From the NCBI GenBank assembly GCA_964252035.1, contig CAXUOO010000179.1: 62,293 nt of DNA; one strand, written 5' to 3'. The translations under genes and the position numbers were made by a program. The notes under the pieces were generated by a model. That model was given only the letters and a program-made list of their open reading frames with translations, was not told where the DNA came from and made no database searches. Origin of the DNA: Podarcis erhardii. Lineage: Eukaryota. Below, one piece after another: positions 37,039-50,100 of the stretch. How positions within the stretch are numbered: the first letter of the stretch is position 1; each line of letters begins with the position of its first letter.

Positions 37039-37249
37039 GTACGTTTTTTCTTGGAATCGATGCTGCTGAGTGTCCCTCTTCATTGCATCTGCTGCTGACT
37101 GTAAATTGTCTTTTTTCAGTGTCTGCATGCATGATGTAGCACTACTCGTTCCCGCTACTTCAATCACCACCACTACTTTGTTACGGGCACTTTTACTACC
37201 ATAAATTCTCACTACGACGTCGATCCTCACCACTTTCATCATTCCAGCT

Positions 37250-37606
37250 ACTACTACTATCAGTACTACTACTACTACGATTACTACTATTCCTATCACT
37301 ACTACTACTACAACTACTATTACTACTACTACTACTACGATTANNNNNNNNNNNNNNNNNNNNNNNNNNNNNNNNNNNNNNNNNNNNNNNNNNNNNNNNN
37401 NNNNNNNNNNNNNNNNNNNNNNNNNNNNNNNNNNNNNNNNNNNNNNNNNNNNNNNNNNNNNNNNNNNNNNNNNNNNNNNNNNNNNCTATCACTACTACTA
37501 CTACTACTATTACTACTACTACTAGTAGGATTACTACTATTCCTATCACTACTACTACTACTATTACTACTACGATTACTACTATTCCTATCACTACTAA
37601 TACTAT

Positions 37607-37687
<81 letters not shown>

Positions 37688-38040
37688 GATTACTACTATT
37701 CCTATCACTACTACTACTACGATTACTACTATTCCTATCACTACTACTACTATTACTACTACTACTACTACTACTATTACTACTACTACTACTACTACGA
37801 TTACTACTATTCCTATCAACACTACTACTACTACTATTACTACTACTACTATTACTACTACTACTACTACTATTACTACTACTACTACGATTACTACTAT
37901 TCCTATCACTACTACTACTACTACTACTATTACTACTACTGCTACTATTACTACTACTACTACTACTACGATTTCTACTATTCCTATCACTACTACGATT
38001 AATACTCTTCCTATCACTACTCCTTCTACTACTACTACTA
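37250..38040. repeat. Intronic (TAC)n array with higher-order unit, containing the assembly gap
   Basis: TAC runs punctuated by a recurring gattactactattcctatcac unit. N-run at 37344-37485. Confidence 0.9.
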
Positions 38041-39066
38041 GTACATTCACTAGTTCGATGACTACTAGATTGATTGCTGCAGCTGCTTTTTTAGTTGTCT
38101 TTTTTCTGCTTAAACAATTTCTTTGAAGTTCCGAAAAATCGATGCTGCCACGCTGTTTGCCGTGTGTGTGTGTGCCCGTCGCAGAGGTTGCTAGTTGCGC
38201 ACTTTCTCAAATCCGAACTCTTTTTTTTTTTCGCTGAAAAAAGATGCCTTATCTTCATTTGCATGCTCCTCAATCTACTTCAGCTCTCTATCTGTAAACA
38301 TACATATATATATATATATATATATGCATCTGTAATACGTGAAAGACGTAAGACATGTCTCATTTTTGTGCTGTAAAAGTGGCCACAGAAATTCTTGCTG
38401 TAGTTGATTGTGGCTGACTGTTCAATCTCAAGCACAACCAGCGATTGATAGAACAGCTGAAGAAAAAGCGAGCAATTTTGCAGTTGCTGGTGCAAGAAAT
38501 ACTGAGGAGTTCTTTGAATGCCTGCTGCATGTCAATAATTGCGCTGCTTTTTTCTGTCATCACTGCTGCTCCATCGAAAACTCCACTAAATGTGTGCAAA
38601 ACACTCCATTCACGTATATATATCTTTTTTGTATATTTTTTGGTAGAGGAAGTGTGCATGCACCAGCAATTGGTGTTTTTACTGCTTTTCTGCATGTGTA
38701 AGTGCCACGCCTGCTCTGAGCCGCTGCACTTGTTCCTGTAACTGCAAAACACTTCTGCTACAAGTGTACGTACATACATTTACATACATATATACATCTA
38801 TATATGTGTTTTTATATATATTTGTGTATATGTATATATGTATGTCTATCTATGCGTGGTAGGTAGATTTGGACTATTCTTTATTAAATACACATGCAGA
38901 TACACACATTCTACTTGAGAGTAAGTGGGTGATGATTTGTTTGTGATGCGTGGAGCTGACAGTGCACATATATGTTCAAGTAGGCGAGTTTGTGTATTTA
39001 TGTATACGCATGCGTACTCTTTATATGCATGCCTTCAAGAACGTGTAGAAACCTGTTTTTCTGCAG

Positions 39067-39161
39067 ACGGCAGATTTTTTTCGAATTAGGAGATACAACC
39101 AAAGAGCTGCATGATTTGAAATGGAGAGGAAAGATTGACCGCGATTTCGACGGCTGTGAAG
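39067..39161 (+). CDS. KIFBP: KBP homologue, exon 9
   Basis: ctgcag|A CGG ... GAA G|GTAGGG. RQIFFELGDTTKELHDLK resembles RQIQFEIAHAYYDMMDLK. Confidence 0.88.
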
Positions 39162-40194
39162 GTAGGGCTTTGACTGTGAGCTCAGAGCTCATCCGTATAT
39201 ATGCAATATAAATGTCCATATTCGATGTAGAACTTGTAGGCGCTTCTTGCAAGTCGAAGTTTTTCTTTTGGATGTACCCAAAAAATCCGTACGTTCAATT
39301 GAACACACACATATGCATGCATCATCTGTAGCTACTACTTATCTTTGTACATGTACTCACACACGTGGATAAATACGTTTCTGAAAGCAGGGTCTGCTCT
39401 CGATAGCATGGAGCCAGATATACATATGAATTTGTCGATACAGCCTTTCTCATTTATATATATATATATATATATGTCTGTAAGGACATAATATATATAT
39501 ATAGAGAGAGAGAGAGACTCTACATATGTCTGCGGTCCCTACCTGCAAGTATATATGAAGTTACACAAATAATCACCCACATATACTCTCATACATACAC
39601 AAATATATTCATACATATCATATATATATATGTATAACTCTCTAGTTTTGTGTAAACATATAGTTACGAGCAGTGATGTAGATAAAACACGCGAAAGTAG
39701 AGATATATATTTTCTTTCTTGATTTTGGTTGCACCCGCATATCTCCAGATTTCCAAGCCCAACTAACAGACCTTAGGGCGCTGTTTTTACTGCTTCACAC
39801 TCGATACACATATGTCGTATATATACTACATGATTCAAAAGCTGAGATGCTTGGGTTGCTGCCTACAAACAGGAGAGTTTCTGTCTCAATCAGATTCAAA
39901 AAAAATGGGCATTTGCACTGCTTCTGCTGTTCGTAGCAATGGCTGATGTTAATGCTGCTGGATTGGTAGAAGCAAATTTATATATATATATATATATATC
40001 GGGGTTTCAAGACCTACACACGCACGAACATACAACTAGACATATGAATGTATTCATACACGTCTGTAGATCTTTGTGTGCGTAATTCTTTGCTGCTTTG
40101 GCCTGACTTGTGTTTCAACTGCTGCACCAGTGCTAATTAGATAGGTTTTGTGCTTCTTGTAGTGTGTCTTTGCTGCTCCTTTTTTTTCGTATAG

Positions 40195-40242
40195 ATGTGG
40201 AAGAGATGGATCCGGATGTGGCGAAACACGAAGAACTGCTGC
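40195..40242 (+). CDS. KIFBP: KBP homologue, exon 10 (48-nt small exon)
   Basis: ttttcgtatag|AT ... C|GTAAGC, phase 1/1, DVEEMDPDVAKHEELL. Strong splice signals but no homology anchor. Confidence 0.6.
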
Positions 40243-40587
40243 GTAAGCTGCTCGCACTTCTCCTGTACATACAAAACACATGCAAAAGAGCTGTGTAGGC
40301 TTTCTTTGTTCGTTTCAGGTCTATTGTTGTCGCTGTGAGTGTGGGTCACTTTCTTCGTTACATCTTCGCAGTTGTTCCGCTTCTCCTACAACTGCTCTGC
40401 AGCAGAGCTCTGTGTATGTACAGCTAGCTACTCTTCTTTCTTGTCAACTCTTCCATCTCTCTTCTCTCTACCAGATTCTTGACTGGGACTGTGTGAGGTT
40501 GGAGAAAATTCTCTACAATAGCTGCTGTGGGTCTTTTTTTTTATTGTACGCATTGTTTGCATGCTTGCGTTGCTGTCGCTGTTGCAG

Positions 40588-40669
40588 GTTTTCGAGCATG
40601 CACAAAGTTGCACTCCTACGCTGAACGCAGCGTCTTCTACTATTCACAGTTTATCAACTCTTTCAAAAA
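40588..40669 (+). CDS. KIFBP: KBP homologue, exon 11
   Basis: gttgcag|GT. TKLHSYAERSVFYYSQFINSF resembles KINNLNKSALKYYQLFLDSL. Donor is either 40669 (GTCGGT) or 40673 (GTTTTC). Confidence 0.75.
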
Positions 40670-41542
40670 GTCGGTTTTCTCACAGATGAAACACTGCTGG
40701 ATTTTATTCACTGTTGACCAGTACTCAACAAAGTGTGTCTGTGTGATTTGTTTGTGCATCGTAACCTCCTAGAAGAGCAAAAACAAAACTTTCTATACAT
40801 ACTTCAACATATATATATATATGTACAAAATTGCTATACATACTTCAACATATATATATATATATATATGTGTCTGTTTGTGTATGTGCACGGCAATAAT
40901 ACGGGATTCAATCATTTATGGCATTAAGTTGCTTCACAAGCGCTTCAATAAATCTATGTATATAAATTTATAAAGAATGACTGCACAGAACACGAGCCAC
41001 ACGTGCGAGCATATGCAAATGCATGCATATATATATATATAAGTATATTTTGAATTTGAATATATGCAGATGTTCATCAATTTACGCTCGTGTGATGACC
41101 TATTTTCAACTGTCTGTATATACGTATTCGTGCACAAAAGCTGAAGTGTATGGCTGGACTTTCTTCAGTACGGGTACGCATGCAAGCGGGTGAATTGTAA
41201 AAGAAATCATTTATTCAGCTAAATTAAGGAAGGTTAGCACATCTACTTGACTATTTGTAAGTATATTTACGACAAAATATGAATACCAGTAGGTACATAC
41301 CTATATAAGTATTGACACACAAACGCAATTTCGCAATCGCGGGTGACAAACTGGTTTTTATCATGTGTTGTGAGGAATACATGCATATATATATATATAT
41401 ATGTATAGGGAGCAATTTTCACACTGCAAGTATGTCCTTTATACTAAAAACTGGATTTTCTAACCCTGCATTGTGGAGTAAATTTTCTGTATCTTCAGCC
41501 ACCTACACGTCCGAAATTTTCTACGTATATACTGCTACTTGG

Positions 41543-41576
<34 letters not shown>

Positions 41577-42468
41577 CATTTACATTATAAGTATATTGTA
41601 GATTTGTATTTTTTTAAAGAGGCAACTGCTATCGAGGATTGGTGTGAGTATGTGACATTCTGCAAATCCACTTACATATCAACATTCAACGATGCATATA
41701 CGGATATGAGGGGGGCAGGTATCTGGAGAAAAAATTTCTGGACAGATATGATTGGTGAATAAGTGTGTACACAATTTATGTAGAAATAACATTCATGTAT
41801 ATATAGGTTTTATCTAAATTTGTATGGGCGTCTATTCTTTCGCTTGTACGAGTACATATATATATATATATATGTATATAGGTAGTGATGTATATTTGTA
41901 TGTGTATGCTTGCTGTTTCTGTTCGTGCAACTGTGCTTACTTACACGTATCGACTTATGCAGCTAAACCTATATTTGTTTACGTGAGTATACATTTATTT
42001 TTTTCTTTTTTAGCGATCAGTCTAAATCAATATGTATGTATTTCCCCAGATATATTCTGTCTTTCTTGATCTACCTTGTCTTTACATTCTGCTTTTCAAT
42101 CAACCTGTACTCATCCTCTTCTTACCTGTCACGGTCTTCCCTATACTTCTCTGGCAGTTCACATAGGTAGCCTATGTCTGTACATATGAGCACAATATAC
42201 ACATGTACACATCCACATATATATATGTATATGAATATGTATAAATCTATATAGATAGATAGAAAGAAAATATATTAATTAAGTACGTGTATTCATGTTT
42301 TTTTTTCATCTGCTTGCGCCGTTGGCTGCACACCGTTGTCTACATGCAAGGACGTAATAACTTAGACATATCTGAGTTCAGGAGAAATGTCGAAATTTGA
42401 AATTTTGGGTCTAATCTGGGTTTTCTGGCTTTCTCTTTGCATGTGCTGCTTTTCTTTTTACTTTACAG

Positions 42469-42747
42469 CAACCGCAGCAGCGACTTTCGTCTTCTACTGC
42501 CAGTGCTGCTGCTGTCTCACACAAGGCAACAGCAAAGACAACATCAGGAGATAAAAAAGAAGTTCTTAATGAATCTAATATTAGTACTGCTCAAGTTGAA
42601 AAAAAAGATACCGAAGTAGTTTTCAACGAAGTTCCTGAAGAACTGCATGCAGTCTTTTGCGCCGCTTATATTTCACGCGCAAAAATGCTCAGTCGCATGG
42701 GCCGCTCAAAGGAAGAAATGACCAAATACATGGCAGCTGCCTTAGTT
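42469..42747 (+). CDS. KIFBP: KBP homologue, exon 12
   Basis: ctttacag|CAA ... GTT|GTAAGA. VPEELHAVFCAAYISRAKMLSRM...MTKYMAAALV resembles DVLRPAMLAKFRVARLYGKI...ENLATSLE. Confidence 0.75.
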
Positions 42748-43250
42748 GTAAGAAACTGCCTTAAATTTGAAAACTGCTCTTTCTTTCTATATATATATAT
42801 ATGACATGCTCATGTCGGTCAATCTGTTGTGCCATATATCATTTCAATAATATATGCTAGTACAGCACCAACTTCCTCGTTCATGTGTACACAAACTCTA
42901 CTCAGTCTTCTAGGTGTATATACATATATTTATATAGGTCGATAAACGGAAACTTTCATCTGAATTAGACAGAACCGTCCGTGTATTACTCGTGCCCATA
43001 CAAACACAAATGCGTAGAGGACACTTATTACCCATTTTTTGTAGATAGCTGTATGAAAATTTTATGCACGTGCGTGCAAGCATGTTTACATATCTCTCGT
43101 CGATCAAAGCCTTGCATAAATATATGCTTATATACTGTTGCAACTATGCGCATACATACACACTCACAACATAGACATAGTGTGATTCAGCCATTATCTT
43201 GATACGCATATATCAGATATTAACCTTGTGCACATAAAGTACTTATATGT

Positions 43251-43287
<37 letters not shown>

Positions 43288-43597
43288 TGTGTATGTTTCT
43301 TGCTACCTATATGTATATATTTATACGCGTACATACGTATACAACTATAGTTTTCATACACGCATGAGCTAATGGAGTGTATGCCAATAGATATATGCAT
43401 ACGTAGAAATGCAAATGGACTGCGAGTGGTAAACTCATTCGCATTTCTCACAGTCAATAAAATTGTCTTCACATTTATGTATAGAGAGCTTGTAATTTCA
43501 CCTATTAGGTCAAAGCTGGAATCGACCTGCAATTTATCGTGTGAACTTTTGATTGCGCATTTGATCTCGCTCTCCGCTGTTGCCCCTACTGTTGCTA

Positions 43598-43643
<46 letters not shown>

Positions 43644-44436
43644 GCAGCGCTGCTGCAGGTGTTGTCGCTGCCCAATCCGTCTCTAGGTCGTCATCACATT
43701 ACTGGCTCTACTGGTATATATGTCCGTATATATAGAGAGAATACGTGCAAAATCCTTCATTCTTGAACCAAAATAAATCGAATTATCATTCTCCTATGTG
43801 CGCAAGCGTCTTCCACATATGTCTTGGTTTACTCGTCGATGCTCGTTGATTAGACATTGTAGTTGAAATTTTACCGTTTCCAGCTTGCTTTCTTTCCTTG
43901 CTTCTGCTGTTGAGGTTTTACGTACTAACTCCTTCAATGCTGTGTTGCTGCAATTTGAAATATTTACAAGTTTGCACTGTTTTCTCCATCGCCGAAGTTC
44001 TTTCTTTAGTCTGAAGAAACGTATTTTGAGTTCCCAGATACTTCTTCTCGAGTTCGCTAGCTTTGAGATGCCGGTACTTTTCCACTTCTGTTATATAATA
44101 ATAATAATAACAGACTCTTCTTCTTCTCCTCTGCTGGTTCTTTGCCCCTGCTTTTGCTCTACTTTGCCGCAATCTGCTGCCGCTAGTCTGTTGTAGCTGC
44201 AGCTTCATCAAGTGCTGCTTTTTGGGCTTGCTGTGCGAAGTCATTGGATCTTTTCATCACTAAACTTGTGCATCTCGTTCCTTGATGCATCTAAAACTTC
44301 AGTCAGCTCACTCGACTTCGCAGCAGTTGCTATTAGTGTTATTACATTCAAGCACAAGAGTGCATGTTTACTCTGCTTGTGATGGTTTTCCAGCTTCTTT
44401 GTCGTTTTCTCTATGAGCTGTTTCATATTGATTCAG

Positions 44437-44529
44437 CAATACACCCATATTCGCGACTTTCTCTGCCGTCTCAAAGCAGAGAAGGAAGCGACGGACACGG
44501 CTGGTCCTATTACATCGCAACTGCGATTA
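44437..44529 (+). CDS. KIFBP: KBP homologue, exon 13
   Basis: gattcag|CAA ... TTA|GTGAGT, 93 nt. QYTHIRDFLCRLKAEKEA...SQLRL resembles HYKFIVDYCEKHPEAAQEIEVELEL. Confidence 0.78.
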
Positions 44530-45367
44530 GTGAGTGATATTTACACACATTTTACACACCTCATTGGTCTCATATATCAGTCGATTTGGGGCATCACGCT
44601 CAGTTCTTCTTTTGTTGTCATGGATGCTGTAGCAGACTTGACGCTGCTTCAACTTGTAATTCTACATATTTTGCATATAAGCGGAATGTAGGATACTTTG
44701 TATCGATGAATCTACTTGTAAAAAGACTGACTTACGTACAGATGTTGAGATTCCATATACGCTGTTCGTTCTACAGTTAGTTGTGTGATTGATCAAAGCA
44801 GCTAGGTGCGCTTAAACACACGATCTATCACTCGTCCGTACATCTCTATAAACGGCTCTCGTAGTCGTCTCTATAGTTATATATGTGTTTCTCTGCAGAC
44901 GCACTGCATAGACGCAGTAATGCAAAAGAAAAGGCAAATATGTACGCTCTACGTGTGTAGACTTCACATAAATTTATCGTCCAGAAGTTGAACCTTTGTG
45001 CGCTTCGGTTTTCATAAGCTAAAATTTTTTCATTTAAGGCGCCTAGGCTGCAGCACAATGTAGGGCTCCTATTAGTGCCAGTACCAATGAATTCCTGTAT
45101 GTTTGTTTGTGTAACGTCTCGTTATCCAATTAGCTGTAGTCAAATATTTACACCGACAGTGTGAGAATGATATGGTACGTCGACGTACACGGAAGTCGCG
45201 TATTCACCTGTACCTGTGTCTATGAGCACATCTTAAACTCCAAGGACATGATTTCAGAAAAAAAGAGAAAGCATTCCGGCAAAAGAGTACCCGGTATTCA
45301 CTTCACAGTGATTTTTCTTCAGAGTTTATTCCACAAAAACTTGTAGTTATGTGTATTTCGTTTGCAG

Positions 45368-45430
45368 TGCGAACAAACGCTGCAGCTGCTGCCATTGCGC
45401 ATATCAAAGCTGGCGGCTTTGAGTCGCTGA
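45368..45430 (+). CDS. KIFBP: KBP homologue, exon 14 (terminal)
   Basis: tttgcag|CEQTLQLLPLRISKLAALSR*, resembling the KBP C-terminus SKEMVSLLPTKMERF. Confidence 0.8.
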   Translation, partial: CEQTLQLLPLRISKLAALSR

Positions 45431-47139
45431 AGAACCAGTTTTTTGGTGTACATCCTCAGCAGTCCAAGAAGACGCCGGTGAATGGCTACCATTATCATAT
45501 GTCTGTCTGCCGATAATATAGCCATATTTATGCAGATCTCCGATGACGTAGAGGAGGTTAACGATTGCTGAAAACTTGTCTATGTGTGCTCGTGCGTTTT
45601 TGTTTTGCAACGTCATACCGTTGCCTTGCTGGTCAGCAGTAGGTGCAACTCTTTTTTAAACACTGTCTTTCGTTTTCCTTTTGTTATAAGAATAGCACTT
45701 CTTTTCTCATATCCCAGAGTTGATAGAAGATATATATTGCATACTGTACACTATAAGAACGGTGATTGTAACCAAGAAAAATATGTTCAGCAATGGTCCA
45801 TAAATTCACGCAAATCGCGTACAGAAATTGCTGTATGTGGCACGGCCTTGTGTTGATGCCCGATTGTCTGCATTTGGAGTATGTCTATTCTGGTCCCTTA
45901 GCTTCAACTCAACGATATGTGCTTTACGAGCCGACATTGAGCTGGTGAATATTTCAGTCCGGTAACACAAACTCCCGCTTTTATCTAACTTTTCTCCGAG
46001 CGCACCGCTTTATGATGAAATTACGTCCATGATTGACAAAGATAGAAGTTTTGTCCATGGATCAACCGTGGAAGAGTATCGAGGCCAACGTGACAGATAA
46101 GCGAATTGTAAAGCATTTTCTTTTAGCGTGGTCGATCAACGCATAGGTATAATATCATTGCAAACATCGGTTTCTTGTAAAGCAAACCTACTTTTAAAAA
46201 AAGTTTTGATGTATTTTTGAAGTACTTAAGCGTTTGTCATTGTACAACCAAAGTTGAAGCGTGCTCGCCGGCTCTATACGTTCGCATTTCTCAAAATCTT
46301 CACAAACCCCCTATTTTTTTTCCGTAGTTTGTCTTTAGTTGGTGTCACATCTACCACTCTACGGTCTCGCTTACAATGATGCTGCTGTTACGGAACATTA
46401 ATTGAAACCAAAATCGGAAGCGCTGCACCAGTTGTCAAGCCGCTTCATGCGTCTCGAACGGTCAACATTTTCCAAATAAAGCCTTGAGAGTTAGTTTTGT
46501 GCTGTTTTTCAAATGCTTTGCAAATAGGATACTGATTGAAAGTACAAATCTAACTAACACGTAGCAGCTCCCGCTGTCCTCTAAGCTCTGCTCCAGCACA
46601 GGCGTTGCTGTCCTCACCTTCTAGGTTGGGTGTTATATACCGCTTCTAGCAGTCAATTGATTTTGAAGATAAATAGTTGTGGGGTGCCGGTGTCTCTCCG
46701 CTGTCTCTTTTCCACACATTCAATTTGATGTGCATCTGCTGTCGAGAGGAAAAGACAAGCTTAATACATACAATTATATTCTATAGCCAGTAGAATATGT
46801 TGTTTCTGACAACAGATTATCGGAATGTGGAGAATCTTTGTAGCCTCCAACAGACGCTAATGTGGTGTCCCTGTTGCACACGAGAACCTATAAATGTCGA
46901 AGATGCGCTCATGCAATATACTCAAGCATATCTCGGTTGTATCGAGAAATATTTTTTTCAAATATCATCGATTAACTGCGCGTGCACAAAAATGAACTGA
47001 TGGCAAAGTTGCCTTTCGTGCGTTTTGCCAGTTCAGCCAACGCGTAAAGACGACTAGATGCCAAGTTCAGGAAGCTCATTGGTATGAAGTACTCTTGTAA
47101 TGTAAATATTCACGTGTATGTAGGCACACACGGTTGTCA

Positions 47140-47175
<36 letters not shown>

Positions 47176-50100
47176 CAATGCAGTGGTTTTCACTCGATTA
47201 GAGTTGCAAAGTAAACCTATTAGATGCACTTACTTGTTCTTATGAGTAGCATTCGCCTGCGATCCGCGGGAAGAACAATATCAGAGTTCTTCAAAAGTTT
47301 TGACCATCTGTTGATCAGCGTTTAAGTATCTATGAAGCTTAACAGCATACTCGAGTGGAAACTTGAGAGACTTTTTCTAATCGGTTGAAGCTAATCGGTG
47401 TTTCCTAAACACTTCTTTGCTCGGTTTGTTAAATGATGCGTCTCGATTTATCTTATGCTGCATCGGACAGCGTACCCTGCGCTAAACTTTTGAGTTTAAG
47501 GCAACAGAGGAAATTGGGAACTCCGTATAGGTATATATATATATATATGTACTGTATGCTCACCTTCATATATATGTATAGATATATGAATCTAAATCGT
47601 ATACATATAAGCATTTGCATGATTTGCCGCATTCCGCATGGCGAGCAGAAGCAACCTAGTTATCACGGTCAACTTCAACTGGAAAAATTATTCGGGTGAA
47701 ATTATCGCCTGTAAACTATGTTCCAATTGAACTAGCCTCGGTTTATCACAACAAAAAAAACATTCTCTTGCAAAACAAGTCGACTGATCTGTTCGCGAGA
47801 ATCCTTGCACGCAATCATGACAGAACTATTGCGCGACCGTGCCGGAGGATAAAGTTGTAAGTACAGTCGACCTTGAGCCTCAATACTTATCGAGATACAT
47901 ATCATTGTATATAATTTTACCGAAGGCAGGCATATCTTTCAAATTTGAGGCAACTGAGATCTTCATATTTGCAAAACGACAAGAACAATGGCAGTAGCTT
48001 CCACGAAGTCAACTTCGTCACTGATGCTGCATAACCTACGACAATGTCCTGCTGAATAATGACGTGAAAAAACTTCGCTACAAAGTATTCCATTAGCAGT
48101 TCACGCCAGATCGGTTCGTTCAGCAAAGAGATCTTCAGCCGCAACGGCAGCATTTAATCCTCCCCCCCGGTGCGCGATGTGTACGTGAAACACACTGTGA
48201 GTAAATATATATGCAGCATCCAAACCTCCAGACTAAACATATTTATTTACACACATATTCCACATATACTTGAGGTCAAGTAGCGCTTGAAGTTCTGCTG
48301 GGCACATGTAAAATGCCATTCATGCGATGTGTAGAATATATATATATTTATATTTTTAACACATTGTGGATAAGGATAATCTACATTTGTCAAAGTGACG
48401 TTGATATGGGATATATTCGATTCTCTCTCTCTATATATATGTAAATAAACGGATATATATACTAATATAGATGGACTTATGTGTATCTTTGAAATTTGTG
48501 TATGAACCTATTTACATGTGATTGTCACGTTTTATTTACCAAATTGTACAGAGTCAATCCTTTGAATGCAGCATTGCAAATAAGGGCAACCACATTGCAG
48601 GAAATATATACATACATCTATATACATATATAATAGACACCTAGATCATTGTATACACACTACACACCCAATGAATGTACGAATTTGTTGAGTATCTGCG
48701 TATACATGCACAATTGAACGCATAGCAAACATCAAATTGTAGCGAAAATATGAAAATTGAACTTTTCACCTATTCATATATGTATATATATGCATATGTT
48801 AGCAAGTCTAGCTACATATGCTGATAGCAAATTACATGTGTAAGTGGCTTCCTCAAGCGCGGGGGTGGTGCTGCTCGTTGAATTAGGAGGGGGCAAGACA
48901 ATGGAAGACAGCTTACGCAGGTTGGAGAGTGCCACCAGTATCCAAGGGATTAAAAGAGATAAAACAAAGTGTACTGTTCCCAAACAGTGAAGCAATTTCA
49001 CTCCACAGAGAACGTGATAATTCTTTATAGATTCTACTCTAGCGAAAAATGATAGTTTACTCCTCTAGATAATGCATTTTCTTTCTCCAAAGGAAGTGCA
49101 CGACGATGATATTTTTATTTCAGTACTGTTATAATTCCATTGCGTCTACGAGTTGCAGCGGTTTCCTCAAAGCTTCCGCAGTGGGCTCTTTCCTTTTCGC
49201 AGCAGCGAATTTCAAGTAAGTATCTTGCTAGAAAATGTCAATTTACCTTCGCAGGAGACATTGCGGATTTGCTGCAGTAAAAGGAAATTGCTGCTTCTTA
49301 TTAGTACATATAAACACATTTTTTTTTTACACATAGCAGACAGGTGTGCAAGCTCATCAGTAAATGAAGGAGAGCAATTCGCTGACTTTCATGCGCTCTC
49401 TACTGATGCTTATCACAATTGTGTGACCATACAAAGGGACGGTTATCGGCTATCAACGCCCCGTTTTTTCAGTGAATGAGGCTACATAAACTAAAATGTA
49501 CAGCACGCACCATACGGATCCTTTTTTTCTCGCTCCTGGCCGTTGCACATTATCCGCTTCCCTCTTTCCGGTCGTGCGGACATATATGTTCATATACGTG
49601 TGCGTACTACCCTTTTTCAGAAATTTGCGGAAGCCAACAGATAAGTACAAGTGAATGCTTTCTTCAATTATTGTTGGACTCAGCGACGCTGTTTGAATGA
49701 TATATGCCCATAAGAAAATATGAGCATAGTACGTGTGTCAGATTTCTACAGACCTGGTCGGATAGACATGAGTATCCTACATAATATATATATATACATA
49801 CATACTTACATATTTGCAAAGACCAGTGATTACATAACTGTCATTACGAAGTTTTCTCCAGTCACTGGTGCTGCAGGTGTGTTTGATCAATCTGCTCGCA
49901 TTGTCTCTTCTTCGTTGGCGCCTTCAATACATTCTTTGTCGTCAATGTGTTTAAGTGCCCGTTGTGGGATATTGGCTATAAGTTTTACGTTGGCTTTTAT
50001 TCTTCGTCAAATAAGTTGACTTTTTATTTTCTTCACCTTTCAGTATCTTCTTCTCATTTTTAGACCTCTTCTTAGTAACACACTACTCGATTGTCATTAT

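Noticed and set aside
37196-38050. 284-aa poly-Val/Ile ORF on the minus strand
   Set aside because: It is a translation of the (TAC)n array, spans the N gap and lies in a KBP intron.
39893-39960. Possible extra KBP exon GEFLSQSDSKKMGICTASAV
   Set aside because: It runs into a stop with only weak donors. The ALKYY-like block is better supplied by exon 11, and exons 9 and 10 join in phase without it.
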